DNA of 64,000 nucleotides from Candidatus Eiseniibacteriota bacterium (GTDB lineage: Bacteria > Eisenbacteria > RBG-16-71-46): the NCBI GenBank assembly GCA_963707915.1, contig OY970178.1, positions 1,088,001 to 1,152,000 on the forward strand, in the 5' to 3' direction. Positions 22,990-34,188 of the stretch are shown in pieces; position 1 is the stretch's first letter, and each line of letters begins with the position of its first letter. Made by a program: the position numbers and the translations under genes. The notes beneath the pieces were generated by a model. The model was not told the DNA's origin. It worked only from the letters and a program-made list of their open reading frames with translations, and made no database searches.

Positions 22990-23801
22990 AGCCTGCCCGC
23001 CACCGCGGCCCGCACGCTCGCGGCCGCGTCGAGGAACGCCTCGGCCTGGTCGAGCGGCAACTGGGTCGCTGCATCGGAGAGGGCGCGCGCGGGGTCCGGA
23101 TGGCACTCGAAGAAGAGCCCGTCCACGCCGCAGGCCACGGCCGCGCGCATCAGCGGGAAGGCGAAGCGGCGGTCGCCCCCGGTCTCGGCGCCGCCGGGAC
23201 GCTGCAGGCTGTGGGTGGCGTCGTAGACCACCGGCCAGCCCAGTTCGCGCATCACGACCAGGCCGCGCATGTCCACCACCAGGTCCCCGTAGCCGAAGCT
23301 GGTGCCGCGCTCGGTGAGCAGGATGCGAACCCCGCCCGCCAGGCTCAGCTTCTCGACCGCGTGCTGCATGTCCCCGGGCGGCAGGAACTGGCCCTTCTTC
23401 ACGTTGACCGCCCGGCCGGTGCGCGCCGCGGCCTGCAGCAGCGCGGTCTGCCGGCAGAGGAACGCCGGGATCTGCAACACGTCGGCCACCCCGGCCACCG
23501 TCGCCACCTCGGCCACCTCGTGGACGTCGGTGAGCACCGGCACTCCCACGTCGCGCTTCACCTGGTCGAGGATGCCCAGCGCCTCGTCGATGCCCAGCCC
23601 CGCGAAGGAGCGGCCGCTCGAGCGGTTGGCCTTGCGGTAGGACGCCTTGAACACGTAGGGCAGGCCGCGCTCGGCGCACAGGGTCTTGAGCCGGCCGGCC
23701 ACCTCGATGCAGGATCCGAGGTCCTCGACCACGCACGGCCCCGCGATCACCAGCAGCCCCGGACCGCCGGCCTCCGCGGCCCCGATCGAGAAGCGGTTCA
23801 C
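22986..23801 (-). CDS. kdsA: KDO-8-phosphate synthase
   Basis: [45 protein letters not shown]. Confidence 0.96.
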   Translation of the reverse strand: MNRFSIGAAEAGGPGLLVIAGPCVVEDLGSCIEVAGRLKTLCAERGLPYVFKASYRKANRSSGRSFAGLGIDEALGILDQVKRDVGVPVLTDVHEVAEVATVAGVADVLQIPAFLCRQTALLQAAARTGRAVNVKKGQFLPPGDMQHAVEKLSLAGGVRILLTERGTSFGYGDLVVDMRGLVVMRELGWPVVYDATHSLQRPGGAETGGDRRFAFPLMRAAVACGVDGLFFECHPDPARALSDAATQLPLDQAEAFLDAAASVRAAVAGRL

Positions 23802-25498
23802 GACTCCCTCCCGTGCGGCACCGTCGCGTCCGCCGCGGGTCCCGCGGACGGCCCCGCGCCCGTTGCCCCCTCGCGCGCGACCTCGTCGCTGCCCAGCCGC
23901 GCGCGCCGGCGCTCGAGGGCGGCGCGCACGAAGTCCACGAACAACGGGTGCGGCTCGTGGGGCCGCGACTTGAACTCGGGGTGGAACTGCACCGCCAGGA
24001 ACCACGGGTGGTCGGGCAGCTCGATGATCTCGACCAGGTCGCGCCCCACGCAGCGGCCCGAGAACACCAGCCCGCGCGACTGCAGCTGCGCGGCGTACTT
24101 GTTGTTGAACTCGTAGCGGTGCCGGTGGCGCTCCTCGACCTCGCCCCGGCCGTAGGCGCGCGCGGCCAGGCTGCCCGCCTTCAGCGCGCAGCGATAGGAG
24201 CCGAGCCGCATCGTGCCGCCCTTCTCGTGGATGTCCTGCTGGTCGGCCATCAGGTCGATCACCTTTTGCGCGGCGTGCGGGTCGAACTCGCTGGAGTGGG
24301 CCTCCTGCCAGCCCACCACGTGGCGCGCGAACTCGATGGTCGCCACCTGCAGCCCGAGGCACAGCCCGAAGTACGGGATGCCGCTCTCGCGCGCGTGGCG
24401 CGCCGCCGCGATCTTGCCCTCGATGCCGCGCTCGCCGAAGCCGCCCGGCACCAGCACGCCGTCCACCCCGGCGAGCAGCTCCGCGGCGCCGCGCGCCTCG
24501 ACGTCGCTGGCCTCGATCCAGCGCACCCGGACGCGCGCGCGGTGGGCGGCGCCGGCGTGGACGAAGGCCTCGACGATGCTCTTGTAGGCGTCGCGCACGT
24601 GGGTGTACTTGCCGACCACCGCGATCTCGCACTCCCGCTCGGGCTCGCGCACGCGGGAGACGAAGTCCGCCCAGGCCCGCAGGTCGGGCGCGTCGGTGTC
24701 GAGGCCCAGTCCCTGCACCACCAGCGAGTCGAGCCCGCCCTCGTGGAACATGAGCGGCACCTCGTAGATGGACGGCTTGTCGGTGGCGCCGATGACCGCC
24801 TCGGTCGGGACGTTGCAGAACAGCGCGATCTTCTCGCGCACGTCGCTGTCGAGCGGCACCTCGCTGCGGCACAGCAGGATGTCGGGCTGGATGCCGATCT
24901 CGCGCAGCTCGCGCACCGAGTGCTGCGTCGGCTTGGTCTTGACCTCCCCCGCGACCTTGAGGAAGGGCACCAGGGTGACGTGCACGAACAGCGTGTCGCG
25001 GCGCAGCTCGAGGCGCAGCTGGCGCACCGCCTCGAGGAACGGCAGCGACTCGATGTCGCCCACCGTGCCGCCGATCTCGATGATGGCCACGTCGGCCTGG
25101 GAGGTGAGCGCCAGGCTCGTGATGCGGCGCTTGATCTCGTCGGTGACGTGGGGGATGACCTGCACGGTGCGGCCCAGGTAGTCGCCGCGCCGCTCCTTCG
25201 CGAGGATGGTGTCGTAGACCTGGCCGGCGGTGACGTTGTGACTGCGGGTCACCGAGGTGGCGGTGAAGCGCTCGTAGTGGCCCAGGTCCAGGTCGGTCTC
25301 GGCGCCGTCGTCGGTGACGAAGACCTCGCCGTGCTGGAACGGGCTCATCGTGCCGGGGTCGACGTTGAGGTAGGGGTCGAGCTTCTGCAGCGTGACCCGC
25401 AGGCCGCGCGCCTTGAGCAGCAGCCCGAGCGAGGCCGCGGCGATCCCCTTGCCCAGGGACGACACGACGCCCCCGGTGACCACGACGTACTTCGTCAT
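23798..25498 (-). CDS. pyrG: CTP synthase
   Basis: [44 protein letters not shown]. Confidence 0.98.
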   Translation of the reverse strand: MTKYVVVTGGVVSSLGKGIAAASLGLLLKARGLRVTLQKLDPYLNVDPGTMSPFQHGEVFVTDDGAETDLDLGHYERFTATSVTRSHNVTAGQVYDTILAKERRGDYLGRTVQVIPHVTDEIKRRITSLALTSQADVAIIEIGGTVGDIESLPFLEAVRQLRLELRRDTLFVHVTLVPFLKVAGEVKTKPTQHSVRELREIGIQPDILLCRSEVPLDSDVREKIALFCNVPTEAVIGATDKPSIYEVPLMFHEGGLDSLVVQGLGLDTDAPDLRAWADFVSRVREPERECEIAVVGKYTHVRDAYKSIVEAFVHAGAAHRARVRVRWIEASDVEARGAAELLAGVDGVLVPGGFGERGIEGKIAAARHARESGIPYFGLCLGLQVATIEFARHVVGWQEAHSSEFDPHAAQKVIDLMADQQDIHEKGGTMRLGSYRCALKAGSLAARAYGRGEVEERHRHRYEFNNKYAAQLQSRGLVFSGRCVGRDLVEIIELPDHPWFLAVQFHPEFKSRPHEPHPLFVDFVRAALERRRARLGSDEVAREGATGAGPSAGPAADATVPHGRES

Positions 25499-25544
25499 CT
25501 CCCTGCCTCCGCTTCCCTGGAAGGACTCCGTTGCGGGGCGCCCG

Positions 25545-26273
25545 TCAGGGGCGCGGCCCGCGTCGTTCCAACGCCTGCAGCTGTTCGGGCGTGTCCACGC
25601 CCGCGAACGGGCGCTCGCCGAGGACGACCTTGATGCGCACGCCGCGCTCGACCGCACGCAGTTGCTCGAGCCGCTCGGCCTGTTCCAGCCGTCCGGGCGG
25701 CCACGACGCGAACTCGAGCAGCAGCTCGCGGCGGAACGCGTAGACGCCCGCGTGGCGCAGCGCGGGGCCGCCCAGCGAGCCGCCCGCGAGGTCGGCGCGG
25801 CTGAAGTAGAGCGCGAAGGCGTCGTCGTCCACCACCACCTTGACCACCTCGGGCCGGGCCAGCAGCGCGGCGTCCGGCTCGTGGTGGGCGATGGTGCCCA
25901 TGCGCAGCGACGCGTCGCCGCGCATCACCTCCACCAGCCGCGAGACCGCCCCGGTCTCGAGCTCGGGCTCGTCGCCCTGCAGGTTGAGCACCAACCCGGC
26001 GCCGGGCCGCCGCCGCGCCACCTCGGCCACGCGGTCGGTGCCGCTCGCGCAGTCCGCGGAGGTCCGCTCGACCGCCGCACCGAAGCCGCGCGCCGCCACC
26101 GCGATGCGCTCGTCGTCGGTGGCGATCAGCAACTCGTCGAGGCCGCGCGCCGCGCGCGCCCGCTCCCAGACGTGCTGGAGCATGGGCTTGCCCCACAGCG
26201 TCGCGAGCGGCTTGCCCGGGAAGCGCGTGGCCGCGAAACGGGCGGGGATGACGGCGAGGACGGCGTCGGTCAC
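25545..26273 (-). CDS. kdsB: CMP-KDO synthetase
   Basis: [41 protein letters not shown]. Confidence 0.96.
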   Translation of the reverse strand: MTDAVLAVIPARFAATRFPGKPLATLWGKPMLQHVWERARAARGLDELLIATDDERIAVAARGFGAAVERTSADCASGTDRVAEVARRRPGAGLVLNLQGDEPELETGAVSRLVEVMRGDASLRMGTIAHHEPDAALLARPEVVKVVVDDDAFALYFSRADLAGGSLGGPALRHAGVYAFRRELLLEFASWPPGRLEQAERLEQLRAVERGVRIKVVLGERPFAGVDTPEQLQALERRGPRP

Positions 26274-26488
26274 GCTCGGGCTCCGGGACAGGCTGGCGGC
26301 GGCGCCCGCCGCGAACGCGACACGCCGTCACCGGGCAGCTTCTCCCCCGGGACGGCGCGGGTGCGGGTCGGGCCATGCTTGCGCACGAAGCGGCAGGCTA
26401 GCACAGGGCCCCGGGTGCCCAAAGCACGAACGCCGCCCGGCCGCGGGTCTCGGACCCGGGGGCCGGGCGGCGTCGGGGGCCGCGAGGG

Positions 26489-26755
26489 CTAGGCGGTCTC
26501 GGCGACCTCGGCGGTGGCCGGCGGCAGCACGTGGACCTTGCGGCGGACGAACTTGACGTGGCCGTCGATCGTGGCGAACAGCGTGTGGTCCTTGCCCATG
26601 CCCACGTTCAGGCCGGGGAAGAACTTGGTGCCGCGCTGCCGCACGATGATGCCTCCGGACCGCACGCGCTCGCCGCCGAAGCGCTTCACACCCAGGCGCT
26701 GGGCGTTCGACTCGCGGTTGTTCCGGGACGAGGACTGGCCTTTCTTGTGTGCCAT
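26489..26755 (-). CDS. rpmA: 50S ribosomal protein L27
   Basis: [25 protein letters not shown]. Confidence 0.98.
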   Translation of the reverse strand: MAHKKGQSSSRNNRESNAQRLGVKRFGGERVRSGGIIVRQRGTKFFPGLNVGMGKDHTLFATIDGHVKFVRRKVHVLPPATAEVAETA

Positions 26756-26764
26756 GGCGTCTCC

Positions 26765-27076
26765 CTAGCGCTGGATGCCGGTCACGCGCAGGCGCGTGAG
26801 GTCGTCGCGGTAGCCGCGCCGCTTCCGGTAGTCCTGCCGGCGCTTGTACTTGAAGATGTGGATCTTGGGGCCGCGGAAATGCTCGACGACCTCGGCCGTG
26901 AAGCTCGCGCCCTTCACGTAGGGCTGTCCGACCGCGATCGAGTCGCCGTCGGCCACGAGCAGCACCTGGTCGAAGGTGAGCTTGGCGCCCGGCACGCCCG
27001 TGAGACGCGCCACCTGGATCACCGCCTCGGGCTCGACACGGGTCTGGATACCGTTGATGTTCACGATCGCGTACAT
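26765..27076 (-). CDS. rplU: 50S ribosomal protein L21
   Basis: MYAIV...VGQPYV...FKYKRRQDYRKRRGYR; adjacent to rpmA. Confidence 0.96.
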   Translation of the reverse strand: MYAIVNINGIQTRVEPEAVIQVARLTGVPGAKLTFDQVLLVADGDSIAVGQPYVKGASFTAEVVEHFRGPKIHIFKYKRRQDYRKRRGYRDDLTRLRVTGIQR

Positions 27077-27324
27077 CGCTGGACAGTCTCCTGAAGACGC
27101 AGGCGCGCGGACGGCGGGGTCCCGCCATGGGCCCGCGGACACACAAGAAGCGCCCGTAACGGGGCGCGGAGCGATATTTTGTACCATGCGCCCGCCTGCC
27201 GGGTCAAGCGCGGTCCCCCGTCGGCCGGGTCCCGCGGCAAACCGCTCCGGGAGCCTCCCCCGCCCGCGGGGCCCCGGCCCCGGCCGCCCGCGGGCCTCCG
27301 GGCGATCCCGGCCCTGCCCGGGGC

Positions 27325-28878
27325 CTACGTCCCGGGAACGGTGCCGACCACCTGCTTGGTGAGGTCGCGCTTGCCGCCGGCGCCGAAGACCTTCATCTCG
27401 CCGCGCTTCAGCTGCGGGTCGTCCTTCAGGTCGACCTGGAGCTTGAAGCGCTTCTCCATCTCCGCGAAGCGCCGGGCCTCCTGTTCCACGAAGTGCAGCG
27501 CGATCTCGGGCGCCACCTTGACGGTGATGCGCTTCTCGCCGCCCATCGCGGCCACCCGCCGCACGGCGCGCTCGAGCTTGACGAGCATGGTCTCGGGCGA
27601 CGCCACCTTGCCCAGCCCGCCGCAGTGCGGGCAGTCCTCAGTGTAGTAGTGGAGCAGGCTCGAGCGCTCGCGCTGGCGCGTCATCTCGACCAGCCCCAGG
27701 TCCGACACCGCGAACGCCCGGGTGCGGGCGCGGTCCAGCCGCAGCTCGGCGCGCAGCTCGTCCAGCACGGCGCGCTTGTTGGCCTCGATCTCCATGTCGA
27801 TGAAGTCGATCACGATGATGCCGCCGATGTCGCGCAGGCGCAGCTGCCGGGGGATCTCCCGCGCCGCCTCGAGGTTGGTGCGGAAGATGGTCTCTTCCTG
27901 GTTCTTCTTGCCCACGAAACGCCCGGTGTTCACGTCGATGGCGACCAGCGCCTCGGTGTGGTCCACGCAGATGTACCCGCCCTTCTTCAGCCACACCTTG
28001 CGCTCGAAGGTCTTCTCGATCTGCGTCTCGACGCCGTAGTGGTCGAAGATGGGCTCCGAGCCCTTGTAGAGCTTCACGCGCTCGCGCAGCTCGGGCGAGA
28101 CCGCCTTCAGGTAGGCCTGGGTCTCGGCGAAGGACTCCTTGTCGTCGATGACCACCTCGTCCACGTCGTCGGTGAACAGGTCGCGGATGAGCCCCGCCGT
28201 CATCTCCAGCTCCCGGTGGACGAGCGCCGGCGCGCGCGCCGTGGAGGCCTTCTTGTCCACCTTCTGCCAGAGCTTGTGAAGGTGCTTGACGTCGGCGGCG
28301 AAGTCCGGGTCGCCCTTGCCCTCGCCGGCGGTGCGCGCGATCAGGCCGACCCCCGCGGGCTTGAGGTCCGTGATGATGGCCTTGATGCGCTGGCGCTCGG
28401 CGCGGTCCTCGATGCGGCGCGACACGCCGACGTGGTCCACCCCCGGCATGAGCACGCAGAAGCGCCCGGGCAGGCTCACCTGCTGCGTGATCCGCGGGCC
28501 CTTGGTGCCCATCGACTCCTTGGTGATCTGGACCAGCACCTCCTGGCCCTTCTTGAGGTGCTCCTCGATCTTGGGGGCGGCCGCCCGGCGGCGGCGCCCG
28601 CCGCGCTCCCCGCTCTCCTCGACATCGGAGAGGTCCTCGAGCGCGGCGAGGCTCTCGGCCAGGTCCGAGGCGTGGAGGAAGCCGGTCTTGGCGAGCCCCA
28701 GGTCCACGAACGCGGACTGCATGCCCGGCAGCACGGCGTTGACCCGGCCCTTGTAGATGTCCCCCACGCTGCGCCGCTGCTCGGAGCGCTCGACCCTCAG
28801 TTCGACCAGCTCGCCCTCCTCGAGGATGGCGATGCGGGTCTCGCACGAATCGGCATTGATGATGATCTGCTGTTTCAC
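27325..28878 (-). CDS. rng: Rne/Rng family ribonuclease
   Basis: GDIYKGRV, PGMQSAFVD, VQITKE...KGPR, IDVNTG, GGIIVIDFIDM, CPHCGG. Confidence 0.95.
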   Translation of the reverse strand: MKQQIIINADSCETRIAILEEGELVELRVERSEQRRSVGDIYKGRVNAVLPGMQSAFVDLGLAKTGFLHASDLAESLAALEDLSDVEESGERGGRRRRAAAPKIEEHLKKGQEVLVQITKESMGTKGPRITQQVSLPGRFCVLMPGVDHVGVSRRIEDRAERQRIKAIITDLKPAGVGLIARTAGEGKGDPDFAADVKHLHKLWQKVDKKASTARAPALVHRELEMTAGLIRDLFTDDVDEVVIDDKESFAETQAYLKAVSPELRERVKLYKGSEPIFDHYGVETQIEKTFERKVWLKKGGYICVDHTEALVAIDVNTGRFVGKKNQEETIFRTNLEAAREIPRQLRLRDIGGIIVIDFIDMEIEANKRAVLDELRAELRLDRARTRAFAVSDLGLVEMTRQRERSSLLHYYTEDCPHCGGLGKVASPETMLVKLERAVRRVAAMGGEKRITVKVAPEIALHFVEQEARRFAEMEKRFKLQVDLKDDPQLKRGEMKVFGAGGKRDLTKQVVGTVPGT

Positions 28879-28945
28879 GGGATCCTTCGCGAGGCGGACG
28901 GACGGGCCGTCCGACCTCCGTTCTCAGATCCGCGCCCCGCCCGCA

Positions 28946-31645
28946 TCACGTGCGCGCCCCGAGCAGCTCGAGCGCGTCGAGCCGCCGGCCGTTCGCGACC
29001 GCCCACAGGACCGTGCGCTCGACGTCCACGGTGCGGACGTCCGCCCCGGGGAAGAGCCGGGCGACGATGTCGTCGGGGCGGACCTGCCCGCGCGGGATGA
29101 AGAGCGCGTGCACCTCCAGCACCGCCGGCGTCTCGGCGCTGGAGGTCTCGAGGGCGACGAGGGAGGAACGGGCGTCGAATTCGCGGATCTGTCCCTCGCT
29201 CTGCCGGCGCACGATGAGGTGCTCCTGCGCGAGCAGCCCGGCGATGCGCGTCCCGAGCTCGGCGCGGAGCTGCTCCGGCGCGACGCCGGTCTCCGCGAGG
29301 AACCCGCCCGGGAAACGAACCCGGTACGACGCGCCCTCGAGCTGGCTCATGAGCGAAGGCGTCTTGAAGAGGATGGGTCGGAAGGCCAGCACCTGGAGCG
29401 ACCCCGGCAGCACCGCGTTGAGCCTCTCGGCCAGATCCACGGCGGGCGGACGGGCGAACTCCAGGTCGAAGACCTCGGCCCGGGAACGGTACCCCAGGGG
29501 CAGCGGCGGCCCGAACGACATGCGGATGTGCGGGTGATGCCCCTGGCTGAAGGCGAGCGGAAGCCCCGAACGACGCAGGGCCCGCTCCCATGTGCGCATG
29601 AGATCGAGATGCGAGGTGAAGCGCTGCTCGATCCCCTTCTCGAAGAGGATGCGGAACCGGGTGCTCGAGGCGACGCTCGAGACCGGCGGCCCGTTGGTGC
29701 GCGACGCCGGCGCGGCCGCGCCGGCCGGGCGCCGGCGCGCGCTGCGCCCGAAGGCGGGCGGGGCGACCGCGGCCCGCGCCTGCTCCAGGTCGAGCGGCGG
29801 GTGCGGCTGCCGGAACCCGGGACGCTGCTCGCAATCGGTCACGCCGCAGGTGAAACAGCGGTTGTCGAGCCGGCAGTCCTCGGTGACGAGGCCGAGCGCC
29901 GAGCGCTCCCGTTCGCGCATCAGGAAGCGCCGCGTCACCGGCGACTGCACCACGTCCCAGGGCTGGTCGACGTCCGGCGAACGCTCCACCAGGGCGCGCT
30001 CGGGGTCGAGGCCGTGGTCGCGGAAGACCTGCAGCCAGGTGTCGAAACGCAGGTGCTCGCTCCAGGCGTCGAAGCGGCAGCCGCGCCGCCAGGCCTCCTC
30101 CACCATCCCGCCCATGCGGCGGTCGCCGCGGGTGAACACGCCCTCGAGCAGCGAGGTCTCCGCGTCGCGGTACTTGAGCGTGACCGGCGTGCCCCGCGCC
30201 GCGGCGCGCAGCACGCCGAGCCGGCGCGCGAGCTCGGCGGTCGGGAGCTGCCCGGCCCAGGCGAACGGCGTGTGCGGCTTGGGCACGTGCGGCGAGACGC
30301 TGACGTTGACGTGGAAGTTCCGGCGGCCCTCGGCCCGGGCGCGCTGCCACGCCTTGACCGAGAGGTCGATGATCGCGTGCAGGTCCTCGTCGGTCTCGCC
30401 GGGCAGCCCGCACATGAAGTACAGCTTCACGCCGTTGTAGCCCTCGCGCGCCGCCGTGGCGACCGAGGCCAGCAACTCCGCCTCGGTGTGGTTCTTGTTG
30501 ATCGCGTCGCGCAGCCGCTGGCTCCCGGCCTCGGGGGCGAGGGTGAGGGAGCTCTTCTTCTGGCCCGCCAGCCGCCGCGCCAGCTCCGGCGGCAGGTTGT
30601 CGGGCCGGGTCGAGGGCAGCGCGATCTGCACCCGCGCCGGGCAGAGCTCGTCGGCCAGCGCGTTCACCATCCCGGTGATCTGGGTGTGGTCGGTGGAGGA
30701 CAGCGAGACCAGCGAGACCTCCTCGAGCCCGGTCGCCTGCAACCCGCGCAGCACCTCCTCCACGACCTGCTGGACCGGCTTCTCGCGCGCCGGACGGTTG
30801 ATCATGCCGGCCTGGCAGAAGCGGCAACCGCGGGTGCAGCCGCGCATAATCTCGACCGAGAGCCGGTCGTGCGTGATCTCGCCGACCGGCAGCAGGGGCG
30901 CGGCCGGGTACGATTCGCCGCGCAGCCGCGGCGTCCACACCGACTCCACACGCGCCGGGTAGCCGGGACGCGGCCGCGGCACGAGCCAGCCTTCGGGCGT
31001 CACCTCGCCGACGTAGCCGCCGGGCACGTAGACGCCGCGCACGCGGGCGAGCCGTCGCAGCAGGGCCGGACGGCCGGTCCGCTCCCGCTTCGCCTGCTTC
31101 ACCGCGTCCACGACCTCGTGGATGACGTCCTCGCCATCCCCGATGACGAACGCGTCCACGAACACGGCCATCGGCTCGGGGCTGAAGGCCTGCGTCCCCC
31201 CCGCGATGACCAGGGGATGGCGTTCGTCCCGGTCGGCGGAGCGCAGCGGCAGCCCGGCGAGGTCGAGCATCATCAGCACGTTGGTGTACTGCAACTCGTA
31301 CTGGAGGGAGAAGCCGATGACGTCGAACGACCGCGCGGGAGCGTGGGAGTCGAGCGAGAAGAGCGGGATCTCCAGCCGTCGCATCTCGGCCTCGGCATCC
31401 GGCCAGGGGGCGAAGACGAGCTCGGCGGCCGCATCGGGACGCTGGTTCACCACGTGGTGGATGATGCGGATGCCGAGGTTCGACATCCCGATCTCGTACG
31501 CGTCCGGGAACGCGAGCAGCACGCGCACCTCGGCCTGGCCCGGGGGCTTGCGCAAGGCAGGAGGCGAGCTGCCCAAGTACCGGTTGGGTTTCGAGATGCG
31601 CGGCAGCAACTCGTGCTGGATGCGGTCCGCGAGGGGACTCGTCAT
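28946..31645 (-). CDS. B12-binding-type radical SAM protein (TIGR03960-like) fused to a TIGR03936/DUF2344-like domain
   Basis: AFPDAYEIGMSN, RGCTRGCRFCQAG (CxxxCxxC), APEAGSQRLR, PKPHTPF, C-terminal SHLDLMR...SQGHHPH..SFGPPLPLG. Confidence 0.92.
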   Translation of the reverse strand: MTSPLADRIQHELLPRISKPNRYLGSSPPALRKPPGQAEVRVLLAFPDAYEIGMSNLGIRIIHHVVNQRPDAAAELVFAPWPDAEAEMRRLEIPLFSLDSHAPARSFDVIGFSLQYELQYTNVLMMLDLAGLPLRSADRDERHPLVIAGGTQAFSPEPMAVFVDAFVIGDGEDVIHEVVDAVKQAKRERTGRPALLRRLARVRGVYVPGGYVGEVTPEGWLVPRPRPGYPARVESVWTPRLRGESYPAAPLLPVGEITHDRLSVEIMRGCTRGCRFCQAGMINRPAREKPVQQVVEEVLRGLQATGLEEVSLVSLSSTDHTQITGMVNALADELCPARVQIALPSTRPDNLPPELARRLAGQKKSSLTLAPEAGSQRLRDAINKNHTEAELLASVATAAREGYNGVKLYFMCGLPGETDEDLHAIIDLSVKAWQRARAEGRRNFHVNVSVSPHVPKPHTPFAWAGQLPTAELARRLGVLRAAARGTPVTLKYRDAETSLLEGVFTRGDRRMGGMVEEAWRRGCRFDAWSEHLRFDTWLQVFRDHGLDPERALVERSPDVDQPWDVVQSPVTRRFLMRERERSALGLVTEDCRLDNRCFTCGVTDCEQRPGFRQPHPPLDLEQARAAVAPPAFGRSARRRPAGAAAPASRTNGPPVSSVASSTRFRILFEKGIEQRFTSHLDLMRTWERALRRSGLPLAFSQGHHPHIRMSFGPPLPLGYRSRAEVFDLEFARPPAVDLAERLNAVLPGSLQVLAFRPILFKTPSLMSQLEGASYRVRFPGGFLAETGVAPEQLRAELGTRIAGLLAQEHLIVRRQSEGQIREFDARSSLVALETSSAETPAVLEVHALFIPRGQVRPDDIVARLFPGADVRTVDVERTVLWAVANGRRLDALELLGART

Positions 31646-31809
31646 GGGATCTGGGCTTCTCCGAAACGGAAGGCTGTGCCGGCCGCGGGCGGCGCCGCCC
31701 GGAGACCGGCCCCCGGCCTGGCGCGAGCGTGGCGGGGCATCCGCGGAGCGGGCCATCTCATGCGGCCGAGCCCTGCGCAGCGGGGCGCAGGGCTCGGCCC
31801 GGCGACGCC

Positions 31810-31838
31810 AAACTAGCACAGCCCCCCAAGGCTGCCAA
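31810..31838 (-). promoter_or_regulatory. sigma70 promoter for the radical SAM-rng unit
   Basis: TTGGCA-17 nt-TAGTTT with extended TG. Confidence 0.55.
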
Positions 31839-32096
31839 CCGCAATCAGGGCACCCGGTAGCGGCTCGCCCCGGCCGCGGACGCCCCGCCCGCGCGACGGT
31901 CCAGTCCGCTTCGCGAGGCCGGCCGCGGCGCCGAACGTCGGCGGCGCTTTGTTGTTGACTTCGCCCCGTGAGGCGGGAGTAGTTTCGGCCTGCGTGGCAT
32001 GCGGACCGTTGCTCGCCACCACCCCCGAAGCGAGCGGACCCGGTGACGACCGCCACCGGGGCGCGTCTGCGCGGCCACCCATGCGAGGACGCGGTC

Positions 32097-32933
32097 ATGG
32101 CTAGCCTCAAGCCCCTCTGGTTGTCGGTCGGTTCGCTGAGCGAGAATCTGCGCCAGGCCGACTCGTTGCACGTGGGCCTCGACTTCGACGGGACCCTGAC
32201 CCCCATCTCCGCCGCTCCGCGCGCGGCCGCGCTGTCGCCACGCGCCCGCGACGTGATCGAGCGCCTGTCGCGACGCGACCGGGTGCGGCTGGCGTTCCTG
32301 TCGAGCCGCGTCCTCGACGACCTGTGGCGCCGGATCGGCATCGAGAGCGTCTTCTACGCCGGGTCGTCTGGACTCGAGACCCGGGACGAGCGCGGCCGTC
32401 GCGAGACCCACGCCGGCTCCTCGCTCACCTTGCCGCTGGCGTTGCTCCGCGATCTCGAGGGCTGGTGCCGGCGGTTCCCGGGCGCCAACCTCGAGACCCG
32501 GGGCAGTTCCTGCGCGCTGCACTTCGCCGAGGTCGCCCCCAGCCTGCAGCCCGCCTTCGGCGCCGGCGTGCGGCGACGCCTGCGCCCCCACGACCAGCTG
32601 AGCCTGATCCACGGCCGGACCGCGTTCGAGGTGATGCCGGTCGGCGGCTGGGACAAGGGGGCGGCGCTCGAGCACTGGCTGGGATCGGCCGGACCGGGGA
32701 CGATGCTGTTCTACTTCGGCGACGACACGCGCGACGAGCCGGTGCACGCCGTGGTCCGGCGCCACGGCGGCCTCGCCGTGGCGGTGGACCGCATCGTGTC
32801 GCAGGCCGAGTACGCCCTGCCCTCGTTCGGCGACGTGATCTGGTTCCTGGAGTGGCTGGACCGGGAGTGGTCCCTGCGCACGTCGGTCCCGGCCGCCGCC
32901 GGCCAGGGCCGGCTGCAGCCCTCCCCCGCCTGA
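32097..32933 (+). CDS. otsB: Trehalose-6-phosphate phosphatase (HAD)
   Basis: LDFDGTLTPI, YAGSSGLE, ALHF, WDKGAA, YFGDDTRDE; GAGG upstream of ATG 32097. Confidence 0.88.
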   Translation: MASLKPLWLSVGSLSENLRQADSLHVGLDFDGTLTPISAAPRAAALSPRARDVIERLSRRDRVRLAFLSSRVLDDLWRRIGIESVFYAGSSGLETRDERGRRETHAGSSLTLPLALLRDLEGWCRRFPGANLETRGSSCALHFAEVAPSLQPAFGAGVRRRLRPHDQLSLIHGRTAFEVMPVGGWDKGAALEHWLGSAGPGTMLFYFGDDTRDEPVHAVVRRHGGLAVAVDRIVSQAEYALPSFGDVIWFLEWLDREWSLRTSVPAAAGQGRLQPSPA

Positions 32934-33126
32934 ACCGTGCCCGGCGCCCGGGCGCGTGCGGCGCCGCCGCGACGCACGCGCCCGGGCCGGCGCCCCCTCG
33001 GTGGGACACGGCTGCGGACCGTGCTAGTGTCCGCGCGTCCTGGACCCCCGCCCCCGGAGGCACGCGGCACCATGAGGATCACGGCTCGCCCGCTGCAGTC
33101 CCGACCCGGCCACGGAGGACGCCCCG

Positions 33127-34023
33127 GTGCGTGAGCCGGGCGCGAGCGCGGAGGCGCTCGACTTCCTGATCCGCCTCGAGCGCTGGGCGGAAGGCGACCG
33201 GTCCGCGGACGCGGCGGCGCTGCACGCCGCACTGCTCGGCCACCTGCGCGAGGGACAGGCGGCGGCCGCGGCCAACGGGCTGGTCCACCAGCTCGCGGCG
33301 CGCGCGCTCGAGGTGGCCGACGCGGGGCGGCGGCGCGACGAACCCGCCCCCGCGCTCCGCACCGCGCTGGCGCAGTCGTGCGCCGCGGAGCGCGGCGACC
33401 TCGCCGGCGCGCGCGCCGCGGTGGCGCGCACGGCGGCCGAGCTGCTGGCCGAGCGCGGCGCGTGGGTCGCCACGCTCTCGGGCAGCAGCACCGTCGCCGC
33501 AGCGCTGCTCGAGCTCCACGCCCGCGACCGCGTGCCGCGGGCGCTGGTGGCCGAAGGGCGGCCGCTCCTGCACGGCCGCGCGCTCGCGGCCGCGCTGGGA
33601 CCGGCCGGCGTGCCGACCTGGCTGGTGGTGGACGCCGCGCTCCCGATGCTGCTGTCGCAGACCGCGGCGCTCTGGCTCGGGGCCGACGCGGTCACCGACC
33701 GCGGCGCGATCGTCGCGGTCGGCGGCTTCGCCACGGCGCTCGCGGCCCGCGAGCACTCGGTGCCGGTCTACGTGCTCGCGCCGCGCCGCAAGTTCCTGCC
33801 CGGGACGACCGCGGCGCTGCGGATCGACGAGCGGCCGCCCGCGGAAGTGTGGGACACCCCGGCCGGCGGCGTGCGGCCGCGCAACGTGCACGCCGAGATG
33901 CTGCCCCTCGGGCTGTTGCGCGGCGTGGTGGTCGAGGACGGCGTGCTCGGGCCGACCGAGGCGGCCACGGTGGCGCGCGAGCGGCGACTCCCCGGGCCGC
34001 TGGCGGAAGCGCCCGGCCGCTGA
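33127..34023 (+). CDS. eIF-2B alpha/beta/delta-like protein (MtnA/R15P isomerase fold)
   Basis: ATLSGSSTV, VAEGRPLLHG, LVVDAA, LGADAV, VPVYV...KF, EDG. Confidence 0.75.
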   Translation: MREPGASAEALDFLIRLERWAEGDRSADAAALHAALLGHLREGQAAAAANGLVHQLAARALEVADAGRRRDEPAPALRTALAQSCAAERGDLAGARAAVARTAAELLAERGAWVATLSGSSTVAAALLELHARDRVPRALVAEGRPLLHGRALAAALGPAGVPTWLVVDAALPMLLSQTAALWLGADAVTDRGAIVAVGGFATALAAREHSVPVYVLAPRRKFLPGTTAALRIDERPPAEVWDTPAGGVRPRNVHAEMLPLGLLRGVVVEDGVLGPTEAATVARERRLPGPLAEAPGR

Positions 34024-34188
34024 GCGCACCGCGCCCGGGGCGGCCCGGCCGCACGCGCACGCGGAGCCCGTTTCGCCCGACGGGAGTAGGGTGTATGGTG
34101 TGCGGGGGCCTTGTGGCGGAAAGCCCGCACTTTCCGCCGCGCCCACTGGGAATCCTTGACTACCGCGGCCGCGAACGAGGTTCCTTCT

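Noticed and set aside
28946..31645. Radical SAM protein as a RiPP maturase for one of the small peptides
   Set aside because: It is the widespread TIGR03960/TIGR03936-type protein normally found beside rng-rplU-rpmA, with no SPASM or RRE domain and no adjacent precursor.
28757..31816. Long antisense ORFs (for example 1019 aa at 28757, 820 aa at 5205, 801 aa at 43497)
   Set aside because: They mirror real genes on the opposite strand, as expected in high-GC DNA, and show no recognisable motifs.
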